Assembly (NCBI GenBank): GCA_002269645.1 | Contig: NIVC01000106.1 | Location: forward strand, 868,001 to 932,000 | Reading direction: 5' to 3' | Length of the DNA: 64,000 nt | From: Macrostomum lignano | Taxonomy: Eukaryota | Shown here: positions 34,001 through 57,588 of the stretch, piece after piece | Layout: every line of letters begins with the position of its first letter | How positions within the stretch are numbered: the first letter of the stretch is position 1 | Notes under the pieces: generated by a model | The model's database searches: none | What the model saw: the letters and a program-made list of their open reading frames with translations, nothing else | What the model was told of the DNA's origin: nothing | Position numbers and translations under genes: made by a program

Positions 34001-37000
34001 TTCTGATGAAAGGAAGAATGTAATCTAAGGATTGGCGAAGACAATAACTTCACATAAATTAAAACAAATAAATCGCCGATATGTATCGATAAAACAGTTT
34101 GCGGATCTACCAAAATCAATTAATAACAAAAGATATACGCAAATAACTTACCAGGCGCCTACGCGCCAAGCGATTAGGCAGCATGGCCCGCCCAATGTCC
34201 ATGCTGTTGGCGCCCTCGCTAACAATCAGCCAGTCGTCGCCGCTATTGTCAACAAATTTTGCTAATTCGTTCAGCGCCGAATAATACGTCATGGGCACGG
34301 TTTGGCCCTCGACAATCAGAGCGTCGACCCGGGCTCGATTCGCGGCCGAAGCGGCGTTGAGTTCGCGCCACCAATCGCTGCTAGAAGAGAATTCGAAGCC
34401 GTGCAGCTCGGATGACAACTGGAAGATCAGATAAGTTTATTGTATTATGCAATAATTAACGCTATCTATATTTTTGCCACAGTTTTGAATGAAAAACTGT
34501 AAAAAAGTAAGATTACCTGCTCAACAACAGCTGCCACACTGCCGCACAGGGCGACTTCGCAGGTGACATTGGTGTGAAACTCTTCAGGATGGATGTCCAC
34601 CTATTAGGAGAGATAAAAAAACGTTCCTGACTTTGGAAAAAAAATCTTTTTTCCTAAATCCAAGGTAATTTATGAGCATTTAATTTACAAGGAATAGATT
34701 AATCCAACAAGTAGAATAGAAGAAAACGTACTGCTGAGTACGATCAAACCGGACCAATAAAAACCAAGCGTTAGAAATTGTCTTTCTTAGTACTCATTCG
34801 CAATGCAAATGCGTGCGTACAAAAATTATCAGCCTTCTTACACCCCTGAAAGTAAGTAAGTACATTGATTTAGTTTGGAATGGGGGGGTTGGGGGCGGGT
34901 TCTTTATCGTCGGAGAGAGAAGAGAAACGAAGGGTTAGGGTTGATAAGGCGACGAGGCTAGAGGCAGCAGCCAGACAGGACTATCGACCAAGTGGGGAGG
35001 CGGGTGGGGGGTGGGTCTGATGGGTAGGAAATCTAGGGGTCTGTGAACGTACACTCCAACCCCCCCCCCCCTCAAACACTACGCCTTTTTCTCGCCCCAC
35101 TCATCCACTCACCACCCAAAACCAACCTACAGTACTGACTCCGCAAGCTCCCACAAAACACACAAAGTAAAGGCAAAACTGGGCAAGATACAAAATCCAG
35201 TTTGGACAAGAAGCAGTTTAACTTAGAAATATTAGTTCCGCTATATTACTAATACGCAGTAATGGTGAAATGCGCTGTACTAGGCTGCGGCCTGATGGGC
35301 TGCAAGATTGCTGGCGAGCTAGCCCGTCAAGGCCATCGAGTCAAGATGACGGACAGCAATGCAGAGGTATTAAATAGCGCTTATCAGCGTATGGAAGAGG
35401 ACAAACAGGAGCTGCTTCGAGAAGGCCTACTGATGCAAGGCGCCTTTCCAGGCCAGGTGCTTTGCCTGTCCCGCCTAGAAGAGACCGTCTCGGATGCCGA
35501 ATTCATATTCGAAGCTGTGCACGATAATTTGGATACGAAATCGGACCTATTAGAAAAGGTTAGTCACGTGTGCCAGCCGGAGGCAGTGATCAGCACCAAC
35601 ACTTTGCATCTGGATGTTAACGAAGTGTTTGCCAGGTGCGCCAAGAGGGAGAGATGTCTTGGCCTGCGATTCTTATTTCCTGTCTACTATATCCCGGAGG
35701 TGAGTCGGTTCGGACATGCTCATAATATAATATAGGTCATGCTGACAGTGTGATGGTGTCAGATGGGTCATGCTGACAGCAGGTGACAGATGGGTCATGC
35801 TGACAGCAGGTGACAGATGGGTCATGCTGACTGCAGGTGACAGATGGGTCATGCTGACAGGTGTCAGATGGTTCATGCTGACAGGTGTCAGATGGTTCAT
35901 GCTGATAGGTGTCAGATGGGTCATGCTAACAGGTGTCAGATGGGTCATGTTGACAGGTGTTAGATGGGTCATGCTGACAGGATGTTTCAGATGGGTCATG
36001 CTGACAGGATGTTTCAAATGGGTCATGCTGACAGGATGTTTCAGATGGGTCATGCTGACAGGATGTTTCAGATGGGTCATGCTGACAGCATGTTTCAGAT
36101 GGGTCATGCTGACAGGTGTCAGATGGGTCATGCTGACACCAGGTGTCAGATGATTCATGCTAACAGGTGTCAGATGGGTCATGTTGACAGGTGTCAGATG
36201 GGTCATGGTGACAGATGTCAGATGGGTCATGCTGACAGATGTCAGATGGGTCATGCTAACAGGTGTCAGATGGGTCATGTTGACAGGTGTCAGATGGGTC
36301 ATGTTGACAGGTGTTAGATAGGTCATGCTGACAGGATGTTTTAGATGGGTCATGCTGACATGTGTCAGATGGGTCATGCTGACAGGTGTGAGATGGTTCA
36401 GGCTGAGTCAGGTGTCAAAGCTACATGAAAAATGTAAGCTACCACAAAACAACTTCAACAACAGGTTGAGATTAATCCAAGCCGAGACACCTCCTCAAGC
36501 ACTACGGAAAGAGTTCGTCGCCTCCTAGAAGACATGGGCAAGACTTTGTTCTTTCGCAGCGGCGGCAATCCGCTGATTCTAACCGAGGAGCAACGCGAAG
36601 AGAGACGCAGAGTGGTGCTGGAGCAGCTGCACAGGAGCTCGGGCTTCGGCAGGGCTGAACAGGCCAACAGTGTACCAGCTCTTGGCTGGGGCGGCGGCGG
36701 TGGAGGCGGCGGCTACCATCACAGTCAACAGCTGCACCAGGTGCACCAGGTGCAGCAACAACAACTGCAACAGTTGCTTCAACAGCAGCAGTCTGAGTGC
36801 GCCATCTGCTTGGATCGGGCCAGAGACTGCCTGCTGTCGCCGTGTCACCACCTGGCACTGTGCTGCACCTGTGCTCAGCTGCTGCACTCGAGACGCGACT
36901 TTTGCCCGGTGTGCCGTCAGCCAATTCAAGACGTTATCAAGGTTTATCACACCTGACTGAAGCTGGGGTGCGCTAAAGTCTAGTCTTGTAGTTAAAATTC

Positions 37001-40000
37001 TGTCTCACTGTACATGTAGTAGACTGTGAAGAAGAATGGTTAAGGACAGGGGTTCGCCGGTCAATTTTAAAGTTTCGTCCATTATTTTTCTTTCTATTAC
37101 GAGTCTTGTAGAACTCGAATAGTACGATCATCATTCGGTAAGCAAAGTTCGTTCTTTCCATACCGAAAAACAGAGACAGCATGATCTTCTTTCCATGTGC
37201 GTCCCTTTGAGCTTTTACCGGAGGATTGGTCCTTCCTGCTTCGAACTGCTCAACCCAGTTGTAGACGGTCATCCTGCTCACCGCATTAGCTCCATGAATG
37301 TTGCATAAATCCGCATAAATCTCTGATCGCTTTTTTCCGAGTTTCCAGAGGGTAAAAATTGCAGCGCGCTGTCCTTCCCTTGAGTTCAGTTCCATAAGTA
37401 CTTATCGTAATTCAAATTGCCGCGATATCTGCGATACTACTACACTTAAACTATAGTTTGTATAGAAGACAGCACTAATATTTTGCTGCGATCTAAAACT
37501 GTTATGTTTTTGTTGACCCAACCATAAACATTTTTCTAATGATATTTTTTATGTACACGTATGATAACCCTCTCATTTCTCACATGCAGAGCTGGTGGTC
37601 AGTAGCACCTGTACACAGACAGGGTTAAATATTTTATTCACTGCGATCGATTTTTATCTTCGAAATCTATATACACACACAGGACCCGCGAAATTTGAAT
37701 CGGACTATGTTCGTTATTTTTTATTATTAATCAGCTTTTAACCAGTTTCCTGCCTCCAATGCTAATTCTCTAAACTCTTTTATATCCTACAGAAAGACAT
37801 AAAACAGACAGTGCATTAGCTAGACTACTCTTGGGCTCTTAGTGGAGGCCCCTGTCTCTTGGGTGGGCGCCCCTGTCTCTTGGGTGGGCACCCCTGTCTC
37901 TTGGGTGGGCGCCCCTGTCTCTTGGTGGGCGCCCCTGTCTCTTGGGTGGGCGCCCCTGTCTCTTGGTGGGCGCCCCTGTCTCTTGGGTGGGCGCCCCTGT
38001 CTCTTGGGTGGGCGCCCCTGTCTCTTGGGTGGGCGCCCCTGTCTCTTGGGTGGGCGCCCCTGTCTCTGGGTGGGCGCCCCTGTCTCTTGGTGGGCGCCCC
38101 TGTCTCTTGGTGGGCGCCCCTGTCTCTTGGGTGGGCGCCCCTGTCTCTTGGGTGGGCGCTCCTGTCTCTTGCTGGGCGTCTCTGTTTCTTGGTGAGCCTT
38201 CCTACTTCTATTACTATGTCGGTGGATGCCACGTTCAAAGAGCTGCCGTCATTAATATAGCCTTAGTTTTTACCTGAATAAATTTGACATCCGGGGTCCA
38301 GCGAGGCGGCCGGCCAAAGTGCAGGATCCAGTTGAGCCTGGCGCCCAGCAGCACTACCACATCGGCTTGCTTCAGCGCCCTAGTCCGAGCGGCCGACACG
38401 CAGCCTGGATGATCGTCCGCGGCAACGCCCTTGCCCATGGGGGTCGGCAGGAAGGGCAGCCTGGTTGATTGGATAAGCTGGCGAACTGCCAGCTCCGCTC
38501 TGCCCTGTGCGGCGCCCTTGCCAATCACCACGAGGGGCCGACGGGCGGAGCGAAGCAGCCGGGCGGCGGCTGACACAGACTGGGGATCCGCCAGGGTGAC
38601 CGGCGGCTGCGGCAGCGGCGGAGGGAAGCTGTGGAGGGGATAGGATACCCATGAAAACGGTACCTAGGTCAAAAAGCGTCCAAGAGTCCTTGCAGGTAAA
38701 ATAGGAAATAACTGACCCTAGACGGCTCAAAAAACGAGATTTCACGTTACAAGTCGCCTAGAAGTCAATTTAAGGTGTTTTATCATCTACGACTCTGAAA
38801 CGACTCCGGAGCCGTAGAGTCGTATCTGAGGCGTCCTAGAGTCGCTGTAGAATCACTGAGTTGCATCTAAAGCGCATCTGCGTCAATTTATATATAATAA
38901 CTTTATTAAGTTAGCGCAAACAACAACGACTATTGAAAAACTTTGTTGCGACTGTTACGATTCTACAACTCGCGTGATGCGATCTTGACTCAAAATCGCC
39001 TCTCGGTGGTTGCATTACAGTCGTTTGAGTTGGCAAAGAGTCGCTAGAGTCATTAGTAAGTTGTTTGCAAAGATTCTTTAGCGATTATGGTCACGGTAAC
39101 GTTTTCAACAGGAAGGTGTTGTGTCGTGTCGAGACTGCTCAAGAGCAATCATTTTACTAGGACAGTATTGAAAACAATTTCTTTACTTTTCAACTACCAG
39201 TAGAGTAGCAAATAAAAGTTTCCTAAAATTAATTTTATACACGCAATATTCTACTGTTTTTACTGCAAGTAAAGTATTAAGGAAATATTTGATGTTAGAT
39301 GTTTTTCTAGCCCGATTTGTCTATGGCCAAACCTCATTCAGCGATATGTAAAATGCGCTATGCGCTTTGCGATATGCACAAATGTATATGTTTAGCATTA
39401 TCGTTTTTAATTAATTTTTGCAAATTTGTTATTTAGTAGAATCTCACTGGATCTCCTCAGAATCAACTGACGACGTAACAAAATCGCCAGGTAGGTCCAG
39501 GTACACAGCACCAGGCCGCCCGTAGGTGGCCTGTTTCACTGCCTGATAGAAAAAGAACATCAAAACTGCAATAAGATTTCACTATGAACGATTTAAACAC
39601 AAAATCAAACGTAACAAGATCTAATGCGAGAGTCAACCTTGTGCACAAAATGCGGAATTCTGGCAATTGACGGTAGGCGGGCGCTGAACTTGCAGAACTT
39701 GGCCGCAGCCTCTGCCTGCGGGAACTCCTGGAATGCCTCGCTGCCATCCAGGTGCGAGTCGCTGGCGCCGCCGATCACCAGCACTGGCCTGAGGGGGTTG
39801 TGGGCGATTCGCTTAAACCAACGAGTAGGACTTGGGATGTTGCGATGGCTGGCTTGTGTTGCCTCGCTGTTGGCCCAGCAACTCGGGATCTGAGAGGCTG
39901 GCCCAGCAACTGAGGATCTGGGAGGCTGGCCCAGCAACTCGGGATCTGAGAGGCTGGCCCAGCAACTGGGGATCTGGGAGGCTGGCCCAGCAACTGGGGA

Positions 40001-40876
40001 TCTGAGAGGCTGGCCCAGCAACTGGGGATCTGGGAGGCTGGCCCAGCAACTGACACTCTGGGAGGCTGGCCCATGCAGCCACTGGGGATTTGGGAGGCCG
40101 GCTCAGCAGCAACTGAGGATCTGAGAGGCTGGCCCAGCAAATAAAGATCTGGGAGGCTGGCCCAGCAACTGACACTCTGGGAGGCTGGCCCAGCAACTGA
40201 CACTCTGGGAGGCTGGCCCAGCAACTGAGGATCTGGGAGGCTGGCCCAGCAACTGACACTCTGAGAGACTGGCCTAGCAACTTAGGATTTGAGAAGTTGT
40301 TCCAGCAACTGAGGAACTGGGAGTAGCAAGCAAAGGCACAATGCTCACCAGCAGTTTTCATTTGCATTGGACAGTCCGGCCAGTGCATGCACAACTCCAG
40401 GACCGGAAACAACCAGACAGACTCCTGGCCTAGAAAATGTTAAAATTTTGTTGGGATTTCAGCGACTGCAAAAGTTAGTCTACAGTTAAATCTTCACGAT
40501 TAGATTTTCGATACATGTATAATTTATTACTTACTTCCCAGTAAGATAGCCAATTGCTGATGCAGCATAGGATGCCTGAAAAGTCACAATATTACTGCAC
40601 AATATTTTCACACAGTAACAAATGATTCACTTGAGTTAAAATAATGGAAACCTACAGACTGTTCATTGCGCATTGCAACAAACTTGATACCGGCAGATTG
40701 AAAGGCAACAGCAACCTCTACCACAGGAATTCCAACTATGCCAAAAGCATATTCAATGCCCTGGAAAGTCAAACAAGGAGTGCAAGATGTATATTTATGC
40801 AGCCCAATAAACTGCTGCTGCACAAATTACCAACCTGTGAGCGAAGGGCTTGAGCCAGCACTGTTGCTCCATCCAT
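31031..40876 (-). CDS. HACL1: 2-hydroxyacyl-CoA lyase 1 (TPP-dependent, peroxisomal). Exons 40876-40835, 40760-40656, 40575-40535, 40429-40349, 39788-39638, 39542-39448, 38628-38274, 34600-34517, 34418-34152, 32656-32171, 31063-31031
   Basis: Exons sum to 1740 nt = 579 aa. Motifs [55 protein letters not shown] motif GDSA...NN. C-terminal SKL. Confidence 0.96.
31355..32152. repeat. 27-nt self-complementary minisatellite (GGGGGCAGTTGTCCCCATCCAACTGTC) in the last HACL1 intron
   Basis: About 29 copies, ending about 20 nt from the donor at 32170. Confidence 0.92.
32718..33910. repeat. 30-nt minisatellite (GATGGGGATTTTCGGGTGTGCTAGATCTCA) in HACL1 intron
   Basis: About 39 copies. Confidence 0.95.
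35262..36956 (+). CDS. 3-hydroxyacyl-CoA dehydrogenase NAD-binding domain + C3HC4 RING fusion, 309 aa (exons 35262-35699, 36465-36956), nested in HACL1 intron
   Basis: GCGLMG Rossmann motif, FIFEAV..NL..K, STNT, GLRFLFP; phase-0 intron gag|gtgagt...cag|gtt; RING CAIC-x10-PCHH-x3-CCTC-x10-CPVC. Confidence 0.9.
35735..36410. repeat. 24/27-nt minisatellite (GACAGGTGTCAGATGGGTCATGCT) filling the nested gene's intron
   Basis: About 27 copies. Confidence 0.93.
37100..37395 (-). mobile_element. Internally deleted mariner/Tc1 transposase remnant
   Basis: Mos1-like N-terminal HTH ([30 protein letters not shown]) fused directly to PPVK...KKIMLSLFF. No TIRs recognised. Confidence 0.75.
37846..38192. 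repeat. 21/20-nt minisatellite (GGGTGGGCGCCCCTGTCTCTT)
   Basis: About 16 copies in HACL1 intron. Confidence 0.92.
39862..40320. repeat. 28-nt minisatellite (GAGGCTGGCCCAGCAACTGAGGATCTGG), copy A
   Basis: About 16 copies in HACL1 intron 39789-40348. Confidence 0.92.
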
Positions 40877-41635
40877 GTGAGTTTAATGATTCAGAAGTGA
40901 TTATAACAGTTTTTGTGGTTATACATTCAACGACTTTGAGGCAATTTATTAAAGATAATTTGAGAGCATTAGTCCCAGTTTATTATGTAGATTTAATAAG
41001 TAGCTTAATTAAGTAGTTTCTTTACCATATAAGTTAAAGAAACTACTTGGTTCTTATTAGTTGTTGTTATTAATAAATGAAAATACACTGACTGATAACT
41101 TAATATATAACATTTTACAATAAATAGAATTAAAAAATGACATTTAATAACACTAAAGGAGCACAAGAACCTGTACATACAGCTGATTTGCTTGCAGTGC
41201 ATTTTGCCCACAAGCAAATTGCCTACTGGGTTTTTTCTCACCAAGGTTTTCCAAATGCTTTTTTTTCTAAAACACCTTTTGCAACACATCATAATGTCTT
41301 AGATTCTTCAAATTCTTTTGATTTATCAAAGTCTTAATAAAGAGATTTACCCAATCAAAATGCTTTAACAGTAACTGCATATAAAATTTTTTATCTTTCT
41401 TGTAGGTAAGCAGGGGTACATCAGTGAGCTATTAATAAATGCAAGTTTATGCACTTACAACAAGGGTAGGCATTGGGAGAAGATGCAAATAGTATCTAAT
41501 ACATGGCAAAATGCACTACAAGAAAAAAGCATTGATAGAAAAACTTGGCAGTCAATTTGCTTGTGGGCAATAATTCATTAGCAAGCGAATTGCACTATGG
41601 GAAAATCTCAGCAGGCAATTCTCTGCCATGCTTGG

Positions 41636-41791
41636 GTGCAGCCTAGGAATTCACCTGGCTGTTTCTATTGGCAACACATACATTTAAGTCACTATTGGAT
41701 AGAATAGTAGTCAGGTGACTGCTCTTAGCCAATAGTGACCTACATGTGTGTGTTGCCAATAGAAATGGCCAGGTGATTCCAAAGGTTGCAC
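41636..41791. mobile_element. Palindromic foldback/MITE-like element, solo diverged copy
   Basis: Homologous to four copies at 53168-55039, with long inverted arms. Confidence 0.75.
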
Positions 41792-42538
41792 ATGTATGTT
41801 CTCTGTGCAAAAAGTAGCAATTCACTCATAGTCAAAATATACTATAGGCAAATATTGGTAGGGAAAAAAGTTGGTAGACAAATCTCCTGCGGGAAAATCT
41901 CTGAGCAATTTGTCTGTGGGAATTTTTTATGGACCCTAATAATATGAGCTAAGTCTTTATATGAAATACTAAAAACTTATATTATTCATGCAGAGATCCA
42001 AAGAGTTGAATAAGGGTATAGATTACTAGGGTATATGTATAGCATAGGCATGTTTATTTACATGATAATATATATACAACCCATACATGGCTATAGAAAA
42101 AATCGAACTTAATACAAGGCCTGTTCCCTTTGCATCCCCCCTGAATCTAAAATACTAATCATGTTGGTCTTAGTATATTCTAAGTTATTTATGGCTATAA
42201 TTATAAATTAGGCCTACTATCAGTATCACATATTTAGATAACTGACTAAAGTGTAAGCATTTTGTAGTAGTAAAATTAAACCAAAATACTGGGCCTTAAT
42301 AATAACCACCCTAATAGTAAAACAGCTGTTGAATGCTGGCATTTACTAGAAAATTCTACTTGTTGCGCTGGCAATAAAAAAAATTACTATACCAAATACT
42401 ACTAGTAAGTAAAAGGCAATAGTTAAGTGTAAGGTTTAGCAATGTTTGAACTGATTAAGATGAAATAAATTTAGTGTAATGCGAATGTAACTTCTAAATA
42501 ATTTAAAACAAAAAATTCAAAAAAATCTATAGTTGATT

Positions 42539-42718
42539 CAGTGGCGGATCCAGTATTTTTAAAGTAGGTGGGCGGGCGCTGGGCGGATTGGCCTAACTTT
42601 TTGGGTTGGCCCAAAATAAGCCCAAAAAGCCCAAAATTGCAATACTCCCTTTTATATTAAATTCAGCCACGGCAAAAGAGAGGGCGACCGCCCCAGCCAC
42701 CATCTGGATCCGCCACTG
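42539..42718. mobile_element. hAT-type MITE, same family as 23701-23845
   Basis: Perfect 15-bp TIR CAGTGGCGGATCCAG; TSD AGTTGATT/AGTTAATT (7/8); shared internal GGCCCAAAATAAGCCCAAAAA. Confidence 0.88.
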
Positions 42719-44432
42719 AGTTAATTATGAGATGAAGCACCAGGTTCGGAGAAGCAGATTCACATTATCTCTAGGAAAGTTCTTAGAAAGTATCAAACTC
42801 AAAAATGTATCAAAAGCTACAGACGCTTAAACAAAGAAGAATTGTTTCACAATAGTTTTGTCAAAAGTTAATGTATAAGACAATGTTTTATTGCTTAAAA
42901 ATTCTATTATGCAAGAATAATGCTTTTTGATGTGCTAAACGATTGTGACTTGATTCGTTTAGGATGATTTCATGGTAATTTTAGGTGGTCATCACTTTTC
43001 GCAACTGTCGCGGCCATCTGAATTGTCCTTGACCTTGTCCCTGTTTTCTTTCTCAGTCTAGTCAATTTCAGTTATTTTCATTACTTTCTACTTGCGCCTC
43101 CACTCCGACCTTAAGCTCTATACGTGTCGGCAACCCTGCAACGGCCACCTGCATGCATGGACAACAAAAGTAGTCTACTCCAGTGTTGATGAACTCACCC
43201 CTTTTTAGAATTTTTATAAATAAAGTCGTTTTGGGCTGTGCCGCAGTCACTAGTTTATTATTTCAAACTACATGAAATTCAAATAAGTCGCAACTTCGTT
43301 TCTTATTATTTTTGTATATCACTTTGACTGCGCGCCGAACAGTCTGCTATTAAAAAACCTTTCTGCGGTCACTCCAATTATCTTTATGAAATACACGATT
43401 ATGAAAAAAGTAATTTTTTACGAACAATTGCAACTTTAGCATGCCGTCATACTGTACATGTATCAAAATGAAGCAATTTAATCGTTGAGTCAGCATTGAA
43501 GTCCAACATAAACGTCATGGCTGCAAAGCTATAATAGACAAATAAAAAGACAAAGGGCGCACCACATTTAAACATAAGATGCAAATTTGCATCTGGACAA
43601 GCATATAGTTTTTTTCTATTGTAGATTATAAATGTATAAATAAATCGGTTCGTTTTAACAAATTTCAATAGCTACTATGAAGCTACGCTATAAATATCCA
43701 GCCGGAGAAAACAATTGAGTAATCGGACGTTGCGGTTGTTTTTAAATCAGTTGGTTGCCAAAAAACTACAAAGCCCAGTTTAGTCACGGTGACAATACAA
43801 GAACAGAACTACAAGCCCAATGCCGACATGGAGGTTGCTGAGTAACACGGGTAGTTGTGACAGAATGAGCGTTCAAAACCTAGCTCTACTAATATAAAAA
43901 ATTGCATCGTAAAAAAGCAAATTTAAATAAGAGCACAACTGCCAACTGTTTTGAAAACCGTGAACCAGGAAATTTAAACGAAGTTCGTGCAATAATGCCG
44001 GAAACTAGCAACGCACACAATGTCTCACGCGCACTCAATAGCAAAATAAACATTTTGAACACTTCAAAACAAAAAACATCCATACAAAAATGCACAACCA
44101 CAATGAATGCGCAAACTAGCCTACTCGCTAATAAGTAGTCTAAAATTAAAGGAAAAATTAGGTGCATTGTGTAGTTGTTTATTAATTTTATTAAATATCA
44201 ACAAGGTTATTGTTCTTTTAATAAATTATTGGCAAATAAACGTTCGCGAACTTCAAAGATTCCGCTTGCTTCAAACTGCATGAAAAGAATGAAAAAGTTA
44301 AATTAATAATTAAACAGCTTAAAAATTATATACTTGCGTACGTGCAGTTTTATGAGTAGTTAAATAAATAAAATAACATCAATTATAAGACGAAATTATC
44401 TAGTTAAAAAATTATGAATTAACGGGCTGAGT

Positions 44433-44709
44433 CAGGGGCGTCGCCGTGGACTATACGGCAGGGGAAGGACAGAGTCAAGAATCCTACCATGACTAAATTC
44501 CTACATTTATTGGGAATCGGTGTTGTTAGCACCCAAGTATTCATTTTTGCACCTCAGACACTTATTTTGGCGCCACGCGCCCTCTTTTTGGCGCCTTGAA
44601 GCAACATTTTTGATTTCCATAACGGGCCACATGGGCGACTGGGCGGGAAGGCAAAGCTTTTACTGGGGTGGGGGGGATGCCCCCTCTGTCAATAGTGGCG
44701 TCGCCCCTG
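44433..44709. mobile_element. Second hAT-like MITE family
   Basis: TIR CAGGGGCGTCGCC / GGCGTCGCCCCTG (1 mismatch); flanks GGCTGAGT/GGCAGAGA (6/8). Confidence 0.6.
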
Positions 44710-45319
44710 GGCAGAGAGTATTGCAAGTTGCAAATTAGTTGGAAAAGCTTGAAGACTGCAAAGCAGGCGCACAAAATATTAATAAAAAAAACTAGGAATT
44801 CAATTAGAAGACCCAGAATAAAATTGAAAGTATAACTCACAAAATCTATAAAAAAACAGCACAAGTAAACCAAACGGAGATGTGGGAGCGAAGCATGGAA
44901 TTGAAACACAAACAAAATGAATTAGGTCTCCAAGACGCGGTTCAAAATTAAGTAATAAATTAATATAATGTTTTATTCGCATATCGAAAAAACAAAAGCA
45001 AATCTTTTTGTAAATTCTCAACGCTAAAAGCTTATTTTTCTCTACTCAAAAATTTACACCATAAATTTGTTCGTGATCAAAGTTAGAAAATAGTTTTTTT
45101 AAAAATCGAATAACAAACAATACAACTGATTATAAAGTAATTGTATAGTGGCATATTAACTAATGTCATGCTATATTCTATCGAGTTGAGGGTGGACATT
45201 GACAACCATAGCAGTTATTGTTTATCTTTAGAAGCAATGTGCATTGTATTAGGATATATATACATATAATACCTACAAGTAAAATGACTTTATACATAGG
45301 AATAAGGTTTATTGCCTCA

Positions 45320-45745
45320 ATACGGAATCACTAATTGTTAATCTATTTTTAGAAAGTGTAAATTGCCACAACAGGGAATCACTAATAGATAATCTATTTT
45401 TAGAAACAGTGTACATTACCTTAACCCGGAATTGCTAACTGATAATCTATTTTTAGAAACAGTGTACATTCCCTCAACCAGGAATCGCTAATTGATAATC
45501 TATTTTTAGAAACAGTGTACATTACCTCAACCCGGAATTGCTAACTGATAATCTATTTTCAGAAACAGTGTACATTACCTCAACCCGGAATTGCTAACTG
45601 ATAATATATTTTTAGAAACAGTGTACATTACCTCTGTGTGGCTATCATTGACTACATCAATTAGTCAATTGATAATCGATAATCTACTTTTAGAAAGTGT
45701 ACATTGCCTCAGCAGGAAATCGCTAATTGATAATCTATTTTAGAA
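45320..45745. repeat. About 54-nt degenerate tandem repeat
   Basis: Recurring TGATAATCTATTTTTAGAAACAGTGTACATT. Confidence 0.8.
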
Positions 45746-46821
45746 GCTTAACATTGCGCTTCTATGCATATTTTAAGAAACAGAAACCGATTTTCTGAAC
45801 TATTCTCGAATAACTGAGTAAAACATGCCAATATAAAGAAATTGCAAACGTGCCAGTGCACCAACAATATTTGCATGATATGCGTCTCTGCAGAGAAATT
45901 AAGAGTCAAAACCTTCCATAAAACCGCATTCCGTGAGTTGCTGAATGGAATTCGGCGAAAGAATGGTTGAAAAATGTATGCAACATATTTATGGACAAAA
46001 AAAACAAACTATGTAAAACCGGGTAGATTGCCCGATAGTCAAGAAGACAAATATAACAAAAAATGAAGTCTATTAAATAGCCACACTTAGGCTATGCAGC
46101 CGAGAGTATTTATCATTGCTCAATTGTTATTTAACATTGGGAACGCACCGAGAATTTTACTTTTGGCAGCCAAGTTGACTACTTACAGTAGTAAAGTTTG
46201 CTTTTGGAAATATAATAATTTTATACTTTACTTTGCACGTATTTTCCCCATATTTTTACTATAAGTAGAGTAGTCGATAAAGTATCAAAGTATTAATTTA
46301 ATAGAAACAATATAGTGTTTTTTCTACTTAAAGTAGAGAAGAAAGAAGAATTAAGTATGACAATTGTTTTTCGTAGTCTTAATTATTTCTGTCGTACGGT
46401 TTTTTGCATAAATTAATTACGCCTAATGGCTAGCAATACAAAAAGGAACCTTCTTGCTCATTAGGATTTTCTACCTCTACAAGGCCCGTACTGTACTCAA
46501 ATATTATGTACAATGTTATTTGAAGGCTTAAGACGACCACATGATTGCAAATTGAAGCAAATCCAAGAAGCAAAACAAGAGACACTACAATACCTTGGTC
46601 CTCGGCAGTTCCACTGTTAAATAAGCAATTATTATAATTATAATATAAAACCACACAAGCATGTAAAAAAGAAGATAAATACAATAAATTGCAGAAAAAA
46701 TACAACTGAAACAGGATCTTGTCAGAAAAAAATGAGATTTTGTTTAGCAAATAATAATATTCATAATATAAATAGTCGAACACGGATACTGGCGCTACAT
46801 CAGCCGCTGCTTGACAGCAGT

Positions 46822-57588
<10,767 letters not shown>

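Noticed and set aside
35262-35735. Bacterial-type or contaminant 3-hydroxybutyryl-CoA dehydrogenase
   Set aside because: It has a spliceosomal intron, a RING exon and is embedded in a host intron
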